NCBI GenBank assembly: GCA_965657355.1
Contig: CBFHOE010000007.1
Location: 240,113 to 304,112, forward strand
Direction of reading: 5' to 3'
Source of the DNA: Limisphaerales bacterium
GTDB lineage: Bacteria; Verrucomicrobiota; Verrucomicrobiia; Limisphaerales; JAJOIW01
DNA length: 64,000 bases
The first letter of the stretch is position 1. Each line of letters starts with the position of its first letter. Made by a program: the position numbers and the translations under genes. Shown one piece after another: positions 1 through 11,018 of the stretch. Under the pieces are notes generated by a model. That model did not search any database and had not been told where the DNA came from. It worked only from the letters and a program-made list of their open reading frames with translations.

Positions 1-428
1 TCGACTGGGGTTTCCTCGAGCTTGGCTAAGGTATCTTCGCCATCAATCAATTTTCCAAAACAAGTATATTGTCCATCAAGAAAATCGGCATCTGCAAAGC
101 AGATAAAAAACTGAGACCCGGCGGAATCAGGATCCTGGGATCTAGCCATGGAGATGACCCCTCGCTGGTGCTTATTCGCATTAAATTCAGCTTTTACAGT
201 GTATCCAGGACCTCCAGTGCCGTATATTCGTTCTTTAGATTCATCCTTCGTATTCGGATCTCCGCCTTGAATCATGAATCCTTTAATGAGGCGATGAAAG
301 CAGGTTCCATCGTAAAACCCCTCACGGGCTAACTTCTTGAAATTTTCTACTGTTTTTGGGGCCACATCATCCCAGAAATCTATGACGATAGGTCCTTGCG
401 CTGTTTCTATTGTTGCTACTTCACTCAT
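1..428 (-). CDS. Cyclophilin-type peptidyl-prolyl cis-trans isomerase (runs off the window edge)
   Basis: Not in the ORF track; manual translation from ATG 428 gives MSEVATIETAQGPIVIDFWDDVAPKTVENFKKLAREGFYDGTCFHRLIKGFMIQGGDP, the cyclophilin signature. Confidence 0.93.
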   Translation of the reverse strand, partial: MSEVATIETAQGPIVIDFWDDVAPKTVENFKKLAREGFYDGTCFHRLIKGFMIQGGDPNTKDESKERIYGTGGPGYTVKAEFNANKHQRGVISMARSQDPDSAGSQFFICFADADFLDGQYTCFGKLIDGEDTLAKLEETPV

Positions 429-520
429 TATTGTCTTTCAGATTTGTACGGGTCCTATAAGACGCCCTTTACCTACGGATACTACCATCTAAATAACCAG
501 ATGGAAAAATCAAAAAACTA

Positions 521-1549
521 TTAATTGCTGCCTTCGTCTGAAAATGGTGTCTTTGCGATGGTTAATTTTCCCGTTTTGGATGTCCTTTCCATCTTCCAAT
601 CCAATAATTGGCCAACGTCCCAGTGGTCTTTTTTCACCATAGCTAAACCAAAGAAAGAATTCGAATTTTTAGCCTTGGCGACGGATGTTACTTGCCCAAC
701 AAGTTTTCCATCGAAGAGCACTTGGATATCCTCATGCATGGATGGGAGAGGCTCATGAAAACGGACCCCCACAATTTTTTTTGTAATAGAACCCATTGCT
801 CGAAGCCTGTTGAGCACCTCTTGCCCGATGTAGCATCCTTTTTGGTAGCTGATGCCGGTTAAGTCCAGGCCTCCTTCTGGAGGCAAGTTTTTCTCAGTGA
901 GATCCACTCCGTATTTGGGTATACCACATTGAATTCTCCAGTGGTCTAAGTCTTCTTTTGACAAATGATAAATAGGTCCGATTTCATTCGTTTCACTGCT
1001 CTTTTCAATAGCTTTTTTGAACGCCATCTCGCTGCCAGTAGGGATGTAAGCATCTATCTCGGGCCCAAGGCCCCTGGCTGGGTTAGATAAATAGATTTCG
1101 CCAATATTTTCAGTTTCTAATTTAAAAATAGAATTGGGCTTGGTGAAGTCAAAAGAGGAAACCCGAGCGTCGAATGCGACGATCAAATCAAGAGCTTTAG
1201 GCCCAAAAAAAGCAAAATGTTTGTAGTGCACATTGGCATCTACAACTTCAACGTCATCAGCGACTATATGGTGATCAAATCTCTCAATGAGCGATTGCTG
1301 TGTATTAGTTTCAACATCTAATAAAATTTCATTTGGGAGAATAAAGACAAAGCCGTCCGAGATCATCCTCCCCTTATTCGTCACGAATGTTGTAAAGGCC
1401 CCATGCCAATCGCCTAAATTAGAAATATCTTGAGTCGTTTGACCTTGCAGGAACCGGGTTCTGTCATCACCTAACAAAACAAGAGAGCCACGAGCGGAGA
1501 GATCTGACAGAGCCACACCACTCATCGCTGCTGGATTACCACTATTCAT
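521..1549 (-). CDS. ygfZ: YgfZ/GcvT-family folate-binding protein
   Basis: KGCYIGQE signature and RFLQGQTT N-terminus; start uncertain (1549 vs 1576). Confidence 0.88.
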   Translation of the reverse strand: MNSGNPAAMSGVALSDLSARGSLVLLGDDRTRFLQGQTTQDISNLGDWHGAFTTFVTNKGRMISDGFVFILPNEILLDVETNTQQSLIERFDHHIVADDVEVVDANVHYKHFAFFGPKALDLIVAFDARVSSFDFTKPNSIFKLETENIGEIYLSNPARGLGPEIDAYIPTGSEMAFKKAIEKSSETNEIGPIYHLSKEDLDHWRIQCGIPKYGVDLTEKNLPPEGGLDLTGISYQKGCYIGQEVLNRLRAMGSITKKIVGVRFHEPLPSMHEDIQVLFDGKLVGQVTSVAKAKNSNSFFGLAMVKKDHWDVGQLLDWKMERTSKTGKLTIAKTPFSDEGSN

Positions 1550-1654
1550 GAGATCCGAATGTGCACCAGAAACCATTCAATTTCAAAAACTTATTCATTG
1601 AAGATTATCTTGAGGAGAAGCATTGCCAAGCAAAGCCAAAAACCATTCAATGGC

Positions 1655-3184
1655 ATGGTGAAGACTGGTGAGGAAACCCTAACGAATGAGATATTGAGCG
1701 CTAGACAGAGAGTCTACGCCATAGGAAATAGAACACCACTCCAGCAACTGGATGGTCTCGAAATTAATGGTCAACTATGGACCAAAAGAGAAGATCTCTC
1801 ACCAATCAGATCATACAAATGGCGCGGAGCTTACAATAAGTTGTCCAAGCTCAGTAAAACGAGCAAAGCCAATGGTGTTGTGGCCGCTTCAGCCGGCAAC
1901 CACGCTCAAGGGGTGGCCCTTGGGGCGTCGAGACTCAAGATTCATTCCAAAATATTTATGCCAATCCCAACTCCTCAGCTTAAACGAGATTCCGTAAAGC
2001 GTCACGGTGGAGATTTCGTGGATGTTGTTTTGGCAGGCGACACCTTCCACGAAGCGGCTTTAGAGGCGGAAAGATGCTCGATTAAAGAATCCCGAACCAT
2101 GATCCACCCTTTCGATGATTTGGATGTTATCGCCGGCCAAGGAACCATAGCAGACGAGATCATCCTAACCGGAGAAGGCCCATTCGAGGTTGCATTCCTG
2201 CAGATCGGAGGTGGGGGCATGGCAGCAGCCGTGAGCTTTTGGCTGAAAAAGTTCTACCCAAGCATAAAAATTATAGGGGTTGAAGGCAAAGACCAAGCCT
2301 CTATGTCGAGAGCTATAGAAGCAGGAAGACCCATTAAATTGGACCACCTCGATGTATTTTGTGATGGCACAGCAGTGAGACAAGTCGGAGAGCACTCTTA
2401 TGACATATGCTCAGAAACAATCGATGAAATAGTAACCGTAAGCAACCAAGAAGTCTGCGCTGGAATACAACTCCTTTGGAACCATGGAAGGATCATACCA
2501 GAAACCGCTGGCGCTATGGGCGTCGCAGCTTGGCTTAAAAACAAAGAAAGGTTTGAAGACAAAAAATGTCTAACAGTCATTTGTGGAGCAAACATGGATT
2601 TTGCCAGACTCGCTTGGATAGTCAGAAACGCAGGAATAGGATCAGCCACCAGAATCTATTACCAATTTAAAATACTAGAGAAACCGGGCACGCTATTTCA
2701 AGTGCTGGAAATCGTTCGCTCAAGAGCGAATATAATTGAATTTCAGTATGGCAAAAATAGCCTTTCTGAAGCCTTTCCGGTAATGGGTTTTGATGCCCAC
2801 CCAAAATCCTTGGAACAAATTAAAACCGATTTATCATTGGCCGGCATCATTTATAGAGATGTAACAGACTGCCCAACTGTAGAATTTAAAATGATGCCAT
2901 GGGATCCTGAGCTCATGCAAAACCCTGTATTTATAAAAGTTGAATTTCCCGAACGAGCTGGAGCTTTATCAGATTTTCTGAAGCAATTTTATAGCGATGT
3001 TAATATAGGCTATTTTAGCTACCAGTATTCGGGTGAACGAGTTGGTAGAGCACTCATAGGATTTGAAATTTTAAAAGACTCTACAAAGAATTTGGTCGAA
3101 AAGTGGAAATCAAAAACACCTGAAGGTTTAAGAGCACTGGAAGTCCTCGAATCAAACAAAATTAATAATAATAGTTTTCATTGA
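1655..3184 (+). CDS. ilvA: Biosynthetic threonine dehydratase with C-terminal regulatory domains
   Basis: KREDL..SYKWRG PLP lysine, ASAGNHAQG, GGGG loop, FPERAGAL regulatory motif; start set at MVKTG. Confidence 0.9.
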   Translation: MVKTGEETLTNEILSARQRVYAIGNRTPLQQLDGLEINGQLWTKREDLSPIRSYKWRGAYNKLSKLSKTSKANGVVAASAGNHAQGVALGASRLKIHSKIFMPIPTPQLKRDSVKRHGGDFVDVVLAGDTFHEAALEAERCSIKESRTMIHPFDDLDVIAGQGTIADEIILTGEGPFEVAFLQIGGGGMAAAVSFWLKKFYPSIKIIGVEGKDQASMSRAIEAGRPIKLDHLDVFCDGTAVRQVGEHSYDICSETIDEIVTVSNQEVCAGIQLLWNHGRIIPETAGAMGVAAWLKNKERFEDKKCLTVICGANMDFARLAWIVRNAGIGSATRIYYQFKILEKPGTLFQVLEIVRSRANIIEFQYGKNSLSEAFPVMGFDAHPKSLEQIKTDLSLAGIIYRDVTDCPTVEFKMMPWDPELMQNPVFIKVEFPERAGALSDFLKQFYSDVNIGYFSYQYSGERVGRALIGFEILKDSTKNLVEKWKSKTPEGLRALEVLESNKINNNSFH

Positions 3185-3663
3185 TCTTTGCCCTTTTGTA
3201 ATTTCACTAAAATAGTTTTCTTGGCCAATGCCTCAAGGCAGTAGCCAAAAACAGCATATATTATACAAAAGAATGGAATCATAAGCTCACGATTCATGTG
3301 AGATAGGATGAGTGGGATTACCAATAAAGGTGAGTATATCACAATTCCAATTAATGGAGTCATGGCCGCTTGTTTCGAATCAGGATGGTTTGTGCAATAT
3401 TCTTCCCACTTTCGAAAAATTGAGCCAAACGGTAGTTGTCTTATTTGTTCCTCCAATATTCCCCCAAGCCAAATCAAGCCTGCAAAAATCAGAAATATTA
3501 AAATCAGCGATAATATAGGGTTGCTCTTCGTGAAGGCCGAGGGAAGTTTATTTACGATCAATAAGACAATCATCGCCAAAACAGCGTAGGTAAAAATAGA
3601 TTTCCCTCGCTTTTTAGGCTTTCTTCTTGAGCCTGCAAAATGCCGAATGAGCTTCAGAAGCAT
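3178..3663 (-). CDS. Hypothetical membrane protein
   Basis: 161-aa ORF with about 4 hydrophobic segments, filling the gap between genes. Confidence 0.55.
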   Translation of the reverse strand: MLLKLIRHFAGSRRKPKKRGKSIFTYAVLAMIVLLIVNKLPSAFTKSNPILSLILIFLIFAGLIWLGGILEEQIRQLPFGSIFRKWEEYCTNHPDSKQAAMTPLIGIVIYSPLLVIPLILSHMNRELMIPFFCIIYAVFGYCLEALAKKTILVKLQKGKDQ

Positions 3664-3763
3664 AATAGTAACAGAGTAAAACAGTTAGGCTCCCGATGCA
3701 CCAGAAATAACAATCAGGATATTGGATTTGAAAAGATACTGTGATATTTTCACTCTAAGAAAG

Positions 3764-4615
3764 ATGGATTGGTATTACGCTAAAAACACCCAAAAGATGG
3801 GGCCGGTTTCCAAAGAAGACATTCAAGAATTATGGGACAACGGTGAGATAGATCTCGACACACTCGTTTGGCATGAAGGTCTGACCGAATGGTTACCTCT
3901 TGAAAAGCATGAAGATTACATCGATCTAAATTCAAAAGTAGTAACTCCAATCCCTGAATCCCAGAAAGAAAAAAATGAAATCACTTTCGAAGATTACACC
4001 CCCAATTGGACTTACTTTCTTCGACGCGGAGTTGCCTGGATAGTAGATGTTTTGATTGTGGTCATGATTGTCGGGATTTTATCCATCTACACTTACAGTT
4101 TTTTCCAAAAAGATGGAGAGGAGTTTATTAAAGACTACTTTCAGCTTGCTGCCGGAGAAGTCCTAAAAAATGATGAAAACTTGGGATCAGAGTCCAAAGG
4201 GGCAGAAGTCGAACCAACTAATCAGGGAACTTTTAGAGAGCAAATCCTTCAAAACCTCGAACAACAACAACAGAATGCAAATAAGATAAGTGAAAAATAC
4301 CCATCCTTCCAATACTGGCAAATGGGTGTCACTTTTGTCTTCTGGATTCTCTATGATACACTTCTCATGGTTTATTTGGGCGGCAGTATCGGCAAAAAAA
4401 TAACCGCACTTAGAGTCGCTAACAAACAGGGAACACCGGTAACGTTTTACAATGCTTTTTCAAAAAGTATAACTAGGGTTATTACTACACTTTTCGTTTA
4501 TCTCATACCAATTTCTGTTGTTGTTGTTTTTATGACTAGGCCGCACCGATCTCTTAGTGACCTAATTCCAAGAACACTAGTCATGCCAGACCACCTTGTG
4601 AAAAAAGATAAATAG
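3764..4615 (+). CDS. RDD family membrane protein with N-terminal GYF_2 (DUF4339) domain
   Basis: WYY..GPVS..DTLVWHEGLTEW (GYF_2); RRGVAWIVD, SIGKK..LRV and RSLSDL..T (RDD). Confidence 0.85.
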   Translation: MDWYYAKNTQKMGPVSKEDIQELWDNGEIDLDTLVWHEGLTEWLPLEKHEDYIDLNSKVVTPIPESQKEKNEITFEDYTPNWTYFLRRGVAWIVDVLIVVMIVGILSIYTYSFFQKDGEEFIKDYFQLAAGEVLKNDENLGSESKGAEVEPTNQGTFREQILQNLEQQQQNANKISEKYPSFQYWQMGVTFVFWILYDTLLMVYLGGSIGKKITALRVANKQGTPVTFYNAFSKSITRVITTLFVYLIPISVVVVFMTRPHRSLSDLIPRTLVMPDHLVKKDK

Positions 4616-4617
4616 AT

Positions 4618-5292
4618 TTATTTAATTTCTTTTATCCAAAGATCTTTATACCAAGCTTCTGAGGGAGGGCCTGAGTGGATCTGTAAGGCGATCAACCCAA
4701 ATTGCTCCAATGACTTATCGGCCTCGACATAGTCAACCGTCATCTGACCATTGATCCATAATTGCACTCTCCTACCAACTGCCTTTATCTTATATTCGTT
4801 CCAATCATTTGGTTTGAGTACTTTCATAACATCATTCAGATTTGCTGTGGCTATCATTTTTCTTCTTCGAGATTCATCATACAAGGATCCCCAGTATTTC
4901 TGCCCCAAATCAGCCTGATAACCAATCATCTCGTGATGATTAGGAATTCGTTGTGATCTAATTTGGATTCCGGCATTTGGATTTTTACCTACCAACTTAA
5001 ATTTGGCTCGAAGAATAAAATCATTATAACTTTTCTTTGTGGCGAGAAATTGATTATGAGGGATTCGGTTTTCAAGTTGCCCACCTACAATGGCTCCACT
5101 TTCGATTCTAAAGGAATCCAATGGCCCTTCCCAACCGGTAAAATCTTTACCATTAAATAACGGAGCAAATCCATCAGGAATCTTGTTACTTTGCCCAAAC
5201 CCTGACAGTGCGATGAATAAAAATATAATAACAAACAATGCCCATGATTTAGAAATACTAAACCGCCTGTTATGATGATCAATGGAATACAT
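4618..5292 (-). CDS. DUF1080 / 3-keto-disaccharide hydrolase family secreted protein
   Basis: PLFNGKDFTGW, NAGIQIRS, GYQAD, WNEY and IALQIH motifs; signal peptide. Confidence 0.9.
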   Translation of the reverse strand: MYSIDHHNRRFSISKSWALFVIIFLFIALSGFGQSNKIPDGFAPLFNGKDFTGWEGPLDSFRIESGAIVGGQLENRIPHNQFLATKKSYNDFILRAKFKLVGKNPNAGIQIRSQRIPNHHEMIGYQADLGQKYWGSLYDESRRRKMIATANLNDVMKVLKPNDWNEYKIKAVGRRVQLWINGQMTVDYVEADKSLEQFGLIALQIHSGPPSEAWYKDLWIKEIK

Positions 5293-5333
5293 ATTACGAG
5301 GCTAGCATCATTTGCAAGATCACGCATATATTT

Positions 5334-7838
5334 TTATATTCTGTTTACCCTGAGATTTCGGAGAAAATTTAGAATTTCTAACTGGAGCATCTTCTCCTTT
5401 TCACCTACTTTGCTAAGGATTAAATAAAGGTATTTTTGAGACTTTTCAAAACTTGGGTCATGGTTCAAGGACTCCATAAATTTTTCACTCGCAGAGACAT
5501 AATCATTACTATTCATACCTTTTAATCCATCTAGATACGACTTGAATGCCTTTCGACATTTTAACCATTTTGTTGAGAGCTCAATGTCAGTAACTACCAT
5601 GGGGTTAGACTGATTCCTATTGGTAGACCACGAGTCGTCGAGTCCTTTGGAAATCCATTCAAGCAGTTGCGAACGCCTTGGTCGCGGTGAATAGGGAATA
5701 GAAGCTAGAATAGTTTGATCTAAAAGGTTACCTATTTCTTTCTCCCCTATCCTATTTTCCAGCCAATTTTCACCTCCTAAAAACCCGTAAAATATATCAA
5801 ATACTTCGAATTCCTCCCTGATATCATCGGATTTATTCCATTCTTGGAGACGATTGTTTATTTGATCTAAACTTGGAGATACAGAGTCTTCATTACCTCC
5901 GATAAACCCAATGAGTGGATTGTCTGTTTCTTCGTCGAGCACGACGACTTGAACATTTTCCATATTTTTCAAAAATGTGTGCGAAAGAATCCGTGTTGAT
6001 TGATAACTAACTTGACTAATAGGCCACCATAAAAAGAGCCATCCATCATCACTGAGATTTGATCTCAACATTTGAAAAATTTCATCTGCCAAATAAACTC
6101 CATATTCAGGTAAAGAGGGATGGAGCGAATCAATAATGATCAAATCGTATTTATCTTTTTTGCCGATTAAGCAATCAATGAGATTTTGACCTAAAGCTTC
6201 CTTATGTTTTCCTAAACTATAAATTGGGTCGCTCGCATATTCACTTTTCGGAAAAGTATTCACTAATGAGTGGTGCATAAAATTTACTGGAACAACGTGC
6301 TTTCCTTTGATGCCACGGCCAACATTTCGATTTTGGTATCTCAAGGCCTGTCCAAATTCTGGATTAAAACCGAAATATAAATAACTATCGCAATTTGGCT
6401 TCCACAAAGATGAGAATAAATTTTTCTTGATTTGATTTTCACCAGTAAAAAGTATTTGTGAATTCCATCGAAATGAAGGAGTGCGTCTCCCTTCAGAAAT
6501 TTCAATTAAGCCACATTTATCTTCGATAATAATTTGTGTACTTTCCTGAGTGGAGGCAGATTCGTCAAATTTAACCGGAGATAACTCAATTAAAAATATC
6601 AGTGAAAAGCCAGTAATTGTTATTGCCAGAGCAACCCATGTTCGAGTGACATTTGGAATTAGTAGAAAGAACATTTGTGGTAATGCAGCCGCTACCCACG
6701 AAACGCCAATAAGTGGTATCAAAAAGTCCTGAAGAAAACTGACCGAACCCAAAAAAGTAAACATACACCATATTGGAAAATAAGACCTTTGCCCTGCATG
6801 TGGTTGAAACGCCCAAATAAATACAGAAACTAAAAAGCCAAGACTGAATGCAAATGGTCCGAAACATAACAAGGAAATAAGAATATCAAACCAAATCTGG
6901 GCGTATGTGCTATCCCCACAAAATAGCCAGGCTATGTATCCCATTTTATAAATATTTTTAAGACTGAGGAACGAAACAAGACAAGTAGACACTATAATAA
7001 AAATGCCTGAATTGAGAACAGCAGGTCTTCCTCTAAATTTTTCTGGAACCACCACATTTGAAACAATACCGCCAATCAAAAAACTAATTAAAAATCCAGC
7101 CAAGTGAAGCACGCTTGAAAAATAGTTATTTTCAGATACCTGCTTTAAATACCAGAAGCCAAGTTGCACCATCAAAATAGTGAGAATGGATGTAACACAA
7201 ATAGAAAAAAAATAACGATTTTTAGTTAATACACCCTCACCGGCGGATACGTTAAAATTGCCTATACTGGCATTAGATTCATTACTAAAAAGTGCATAAA
7301 AAACCAGAACTAAGATTAGAACGCATGCACTAACAAGTATCACCCCGATATTCCCATAATTAACAACGATTGGTATACGGACTAAAACGCCGAGTAAAAT
7401 CCCGGTAAAAAAGAAAATAACCCAACATAAAATGCGACTTTGATCAGCTTGCTTGGAATAAATTTGTTTTTCGGCTGACCATTGTAAAATTTTGAATACC
7501 GAGTAAATAAAAATGGTTAGGGATAAAAAACTTACAGCAGGGTTGAGAGCAATCTCGACAGGGTTTCTAATGAGCAAGAATGCAAATACTCCAAAGCAAG
7601 TTATGGACAAACTGCACACCAACATATCCTGGTATATCTTTCGTTCTTTCTTGATTTTCTTCAAAAAAACCTCGAACAAGATCAAAACTAAACTAAAAAG
7701 TATAAACTCTAGAGTCCGCAGCTCGGCAGTAATTGCAGATACAAGCTGAAAAAATATAAGACAAATGGATGCCACCAAAAAACCTGATAGAATAGGAATC
7801 ATGTTAAGGAGCATAGTCCGCCAATTTTTTTGATTCAC
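5334..7838 (-). CDS. Multi-pass membrane protein fused to a divergent spermidine-synthase-like domain
   Basis: Many TM helices followed by KYDLIIIDSLHP...RSNLSDDGWLFLWWP; glycine-rich cofactor motif is degenerate. Confidence 0.6.
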   Translation of the reverse strand: MNQKNWRTMLLNMIPILSGFLVASICLIFFQLVSAITAELRTLEFILFSLVLILFEVFLKKIKKERKIYQDMLVCSLSITCFGVFAFLLIRNPVEIALNPAVSFLSLTIFIYSVFKILQWSAEKQIYSKQADQSRILCWVIFFFTGILLGVLVRIPIVVNYGNIGVILVSACVLILVLVFYALFSNESNASIGNFNVSAGEGVLTKNRYFFSICVTSILTILMVQLGFWYLKQVSENNYFSSVLHLAGFLISFLIGGIVSNVVVPEKFRGRPAVLNSGIFIIVSTCLVSFLSLKNIYKMGYIAWLFCGDSTYAQIWFDILISLLCFGPFAFSLGFLVSVFIWAFQPHAGQRSYFPIWCMFTFLGSVSFLQDFLIPLIGVSWVAAALPQMFFLLIPNVTRTWVALAITITGFSLIFLIELSPVKFDESASTQESTQIIIEDKCGLIEISEGRRTPSFRWNSQILFTGENQIKKNLFSSLWKPNCDSYLYFGFNPEFGQALRYQNRNVGRGIKGKHVVPVNFMHHSLVNTFPKSEYASDPIYSLGKHKEALGQNLIDCLIGKKDKYDLIIIDSLHPSLPEYGVYLADEIFQMLRSNLSDDGWLFLWWPISQVSYQSTRILSHTFLKNMENVQVVVLDEETDNPLIGFIGGNEDSVSPSLDQINNRLQEWNKSDDIREEFEVFDIFYGFLGGENWLENRIGEKEIGNLLDQTILASIPYSPRPRRSQLLEWISKGLDDSWSTNRNQSNPMVVTDIELSTKWLKCRKAFKSYLDGLKGMNSNDYVSASEKFMESLNHDPSFEKSQKYLYLILSKVGEKEKMLQLEILNFLRNLRVNRI

Positions 7839-8000
7839 TTTAGCAGAATCATTTATCGGAAATGATGCGTCAATGCGTTTGTCTCATTCCTTTTACTTTT
7901 GATATTTGTCTCACCAGCTCTTCTCTTCTTGCAAGAATGCCATTGGAATACCATTCTTGTTTTTAGATGAAGGGTACGGAGAGGATAAAGATCGATTAAT

Positions 8001-9041
8001 ATGAGGAATGCAAATTATAAATGCTCTTCAATCAAGCCGTACATCTCAATTATTCTACCGGTTTTTAATGGCGAAAAGACCCTGGAGAAGGCCATCTATT
8101 CATTGGGCAGCTTAGGCGGGATTGATGCGGAACTCATTATTATAGACGACGGATCCACAGATGGAACGCATAACATTCTTAATCAGATAAAGAAGAATCT
8201 AAGTGGGGAGCCAATAAAGGTTATTAGGACCAGACATATTGGAGTTGCTGACGCCGCCAACATGGCAATCAGCTACGCGAAAGGGGACTGGATTGCTAGG
8301 ATTGACGCGGATGATTGGTCAAGCCCTCACAGATTAAGGCAGCAGCTTAGCCTTGCCCAGAATGAGAACCTGGACATTGTGAGTTGCTTCGTAAAGATTG
8401 TCACACCAGATGGATTTCCTGTTATTAGTTTACAGGACTATGAACAATGGCTCAATAGTTGTGTTACGCCTGAAGATATTCTAGCATCTCGATTTATTGA
8501 GCTTCCTATCCCCAATCCTACAATTCTAGCCAAAAGAGAAGTATTTGAGCTTGGATTCAGGAATGGAAACTACCCAGAGGATTATGATTTATGGCTCAGG
8601 GCAATGTCGGCAGGTTTCCGGCCCGGTAAAGTCCCACGTACATTGTATTGGTGGACAGACCATCCAAATCGTGTAACTAGAACACAATCGATCTACACGA
8701 AAGCAGCTTTTCTCAATGCCAAAAAGCTTCACCTTTTCGATGGCCCCTTAGCTGGTGTGACTGAATGCGATTTTTGGGGCGCAGGTCTTGAGGGAAAGCC
8801 CTGGATACGCTGGTTTTTGAACCAGGGAATAAAAATTCGTAATATCATTGACGTGAACCCTAATAAAGTTGGCCAAGTTATACATGGATCACAGGTTATT
8901 TTGCCTGAGAGAATTAATACAACACCTCCTCTCCCATTGTTTATTGGAGTTGGGGTACCCGAGGGAAGAAAAAAAATTAAGGATTTCATTCTGTCCCATC
9001 TACCACACACACCAGGACAGGACGCTTGGTTCCTAGCATAA
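8001..9041 (+). CDS. Glycosyltransferase family 2
   Basis: ISIILPVFN, IIDDGSTD, ARIDADD (DXD), EDYDLWLR. Confidence 0.9.
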   Translation: MRNANYKCSSIKPYISIILPVFNGEKTLEKAIYSLGSLGGIDAELIIIDDGSTDGTHNILNQIKKNLSGEPIKVIRTRHIGVADAANMAISYAKGDWIARIDADDWSSPHRLRQQLSLAQNENLDIVSCFVKIVTPDGFPVISLQDYEQWLNSCVTPEDILASRFIELPIPNPTILAKREVFELGFRNGNYPEDYDLWLRAMSAGFRPGKVPRTLYWWTDHPNRVTRTQSIYTKAAFLNAKKLHLFDGPLAGVTECDFWGAGLEGKPWIRWFLNQGIKIRNIIDVNPNKVGQVIHGSQVILPERINTTPPLPLFIGVGVPEGRKKIKDFILSHLPHTPGQDAWFLA

Positions 9042-9095
9042 GGAAATACTAGGAATAGGATTTCAATATTTGATAAAAAAGCTATCTTCAATTCT

Positions 9096-9482
9096 ATGAG
9101 TCACCAGGAAATATCTCAATCGAATGTCATGGGACAGCCATTAAAACCATGTAGCATGAATCCCCTCACTGGATTTTATCGCAACGGCCACTGCTGCACA
9201 GGCCCGGGGGATACTGGATTGCATACCGTTTGCGTGGTGGTAACAGAGGAGTTTTTGGAGTTTTCCAGAAATGTTGGAAACGATTTGAGCACCCCGATAC
9301 CGGCCTACAATTTCCCTGGTCTCGTTTCAGGAGATAGATGGTGCCTATGCGTCACGAGATGGGTTGAAGCTTTTAAAGCAGATAAAACTCCAAAGGTGAT
9401 TTTGGAGGCAACCCACATTTCAGCTTTAGAATTTGTTGATCTTGAAGATCTTAAAAAACACCAATTCAAACCAAATCCTTAA
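9096..9482 (+). CDS. DUF2237 family protein
   Basis: PCS.NPLTGFYRNG.C, HTVC, GNDLSTP, GDRWCLC..RW. Confidence 0.9.
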   Translation: MSHQEISQSNVMGQPLKPCSMNPLTGFYRNGHCCTGPGDTGLHTVCVVVTEEFLEFSRNVGNDLSTPIPAYNFPGLVSGDRWCLCVTRWVEAFKADKTPKVILEATHISALEFVDLEDLKKHQFKPNP

Positions 9483-9514
9483 GTAGGATTAGAATCTAAG
9501 ATATAATATTATAT

Positions 9515-11017
9515 TTAAGTATTTTCTTTGTCGTTATCCTGAAAGAGCTCCATCTGTAGTTTTTGAACATCGATCTGGTCTACAAGAGAGGAAGATGAGT
9601 GAGTTCTAGTTTCGATAATATCTTTTGTGAAATTTGCATCATATGGAACGGGGTAGTTTCCATCATAACAAGCCATACAAAACTTTTCTGCCCCCCCACC
9701 ACATGCATCCAACATCCCATCAATACTCAGGTAGTTTACAGAATCCGCATCCAGGTATTTTGCAATTTCTTCAAGTGATTTGTTGGATGCCATCAATTTC
9801 GTTTTGTCTGGAAAATCGATTCCATAATAGCAGGGATTTTTGTGAGGAGGACAGCTCACGAGGATGTGCACTTCCGTTGCTCCCGCTTCCTTTAAACTAT
9901 TGACGTGGGCTTTACTCGTTGTTCCTCTTACAATCGAGTCGTCGATAATAACTACTTTCTTGCCGGCAACAAGTTCCCGAATTAGGTTGAGTTTAACCTT
10001 TACGTTAAAGTCTCGAATTAATTGTGATGGCTGCAAGAAGCTACGTCCCACATAATGATTTCGTACGAAGGCCATCTCAAAAGGAATATTACTTTCCAGT
10101 GAATAGCCAAGAGCAGCGCAATTACCGCTATCCGGTATGGGAACAACAATATCCGCATCGATAGGGTTTTCACGGGCTAGCTGTCGCCCCATATCAACTC
10201 TGGTCTGGTAAACACTCTTACCACCCAAAACACTATCCGGTCTGGAAAAATAGACATGCTCAAATATACAAAAAGATTTCCTTTGCTGACCTGATGCATA
10301 CTTCAAACTGCGGAGGCCCTTTGAATCAATGATGACAATTTCCCCCGGCTCAACATCGCGAATATATTCTGCTTGAATCAAATCAAACGCACAGGTTTCA
10401 CTTGACAAAACATACCCACCTTCAAGCTTGGCAATAGAAAGCGGCCGGAACCCCTGAGGGTCTCTTATTCCTATCAAGGCATCTTTAGTCATGAGGACTA
10501 GTGAGAAGGCTCCCTCTATCTTTTGGATCGCATTGACTAAATTAATGGGTTGATTCGATTCTTCTCCCTGCGGCTGGGCTAACAAATGAAGAATAATTTC
10601 ACTGTCTATAGTGGTCTGGAATATCGATCCATTTTGCTCAAGTTCCCATCTCAATCGGGCAGCGTTGGTTAAATTACCATTGTGTGCAATAGCCACCTTA
10701 CCTTTATAAAAATCAACAATGAGAGGTTGAGCATTAGAAGCTTCTGAAGAACCAGTTGTAGAATATCTTGTATGACCAATAGCAAGATCTCCCTTCAACT
10801 CCGAAAGAACATTTCCTCGAAACACGTTGGAAACCAACCCCATCCCTCGATGATTATGAAACTCTCCTTGCTCATCGCAGGATACTATACCAGCGCTTTC
10901 CTGTCCTCTATGCTGAAGAGCGAACAAGCCATAGTAGGCTAACCGAGCGGCATCAGAGTGTCCCCAGACACCAAATACTCCGCAATAATGCTTGGGATAT
11001 TCTTGTTCAACTTCCAT
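9515..11017 (-). CDS. purF: Amidophosphoribosyltransferase
   Basis: Propeptide then CGVFG; LQHRGQESAG, DDSIVRGTT, Fe-S cysteines (CIFE, SCPP, CMAC). Confidence 0.97.
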   Translation of the reverse strand: MEVEQEYPKHYCGVFGVWGHSDAARLAYYGLFALQHRGQESAGIVSCDEQGEFHNHRGMGLVSNVFRGNVLSELKGDLAIGHTRYSTTGSSEASNAQPLIVDFYKGKVAIAHNGNLTNAARLRWELEQNGSIFQTTIDSEIILHLLAQPQGEESNQPINLVNAIQKIEGAFSLVLMTKDALIGIRDPQGFRPLSIAKLEGGYVLSSETCAFDLIQAEYIRDVEPGEIVIIDSKGLRSLKYASGQQRKSFCIFEHVYFSRPDSVLGGKSVYQTRVDMGRQLARENPIDADIVVPIPDSGNCAALGYSLESNIPFEMAFVRNHYVGRSFLQPSQLIRDFNVKVKLNLIRELVAGKKVVIIDDSIVRGTTSKAHVNSLKEAGATEVHILVSCPPHKNPCYYGIDFPDKTKLMASNKSLEEIAKYLDADSVNYLSIDGMLDACGGGAEKFCMACYDGNYPVPYDANFTKDIIETRTHSSSSLVDQIDVQKLQMELFQDNDKENT

Positions 11018-11018
11018 G

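Noticed and set aside
69..332. 87-aa plus-strand ORF
   Set aside because: Antisense shadow of the cyclophilin gene
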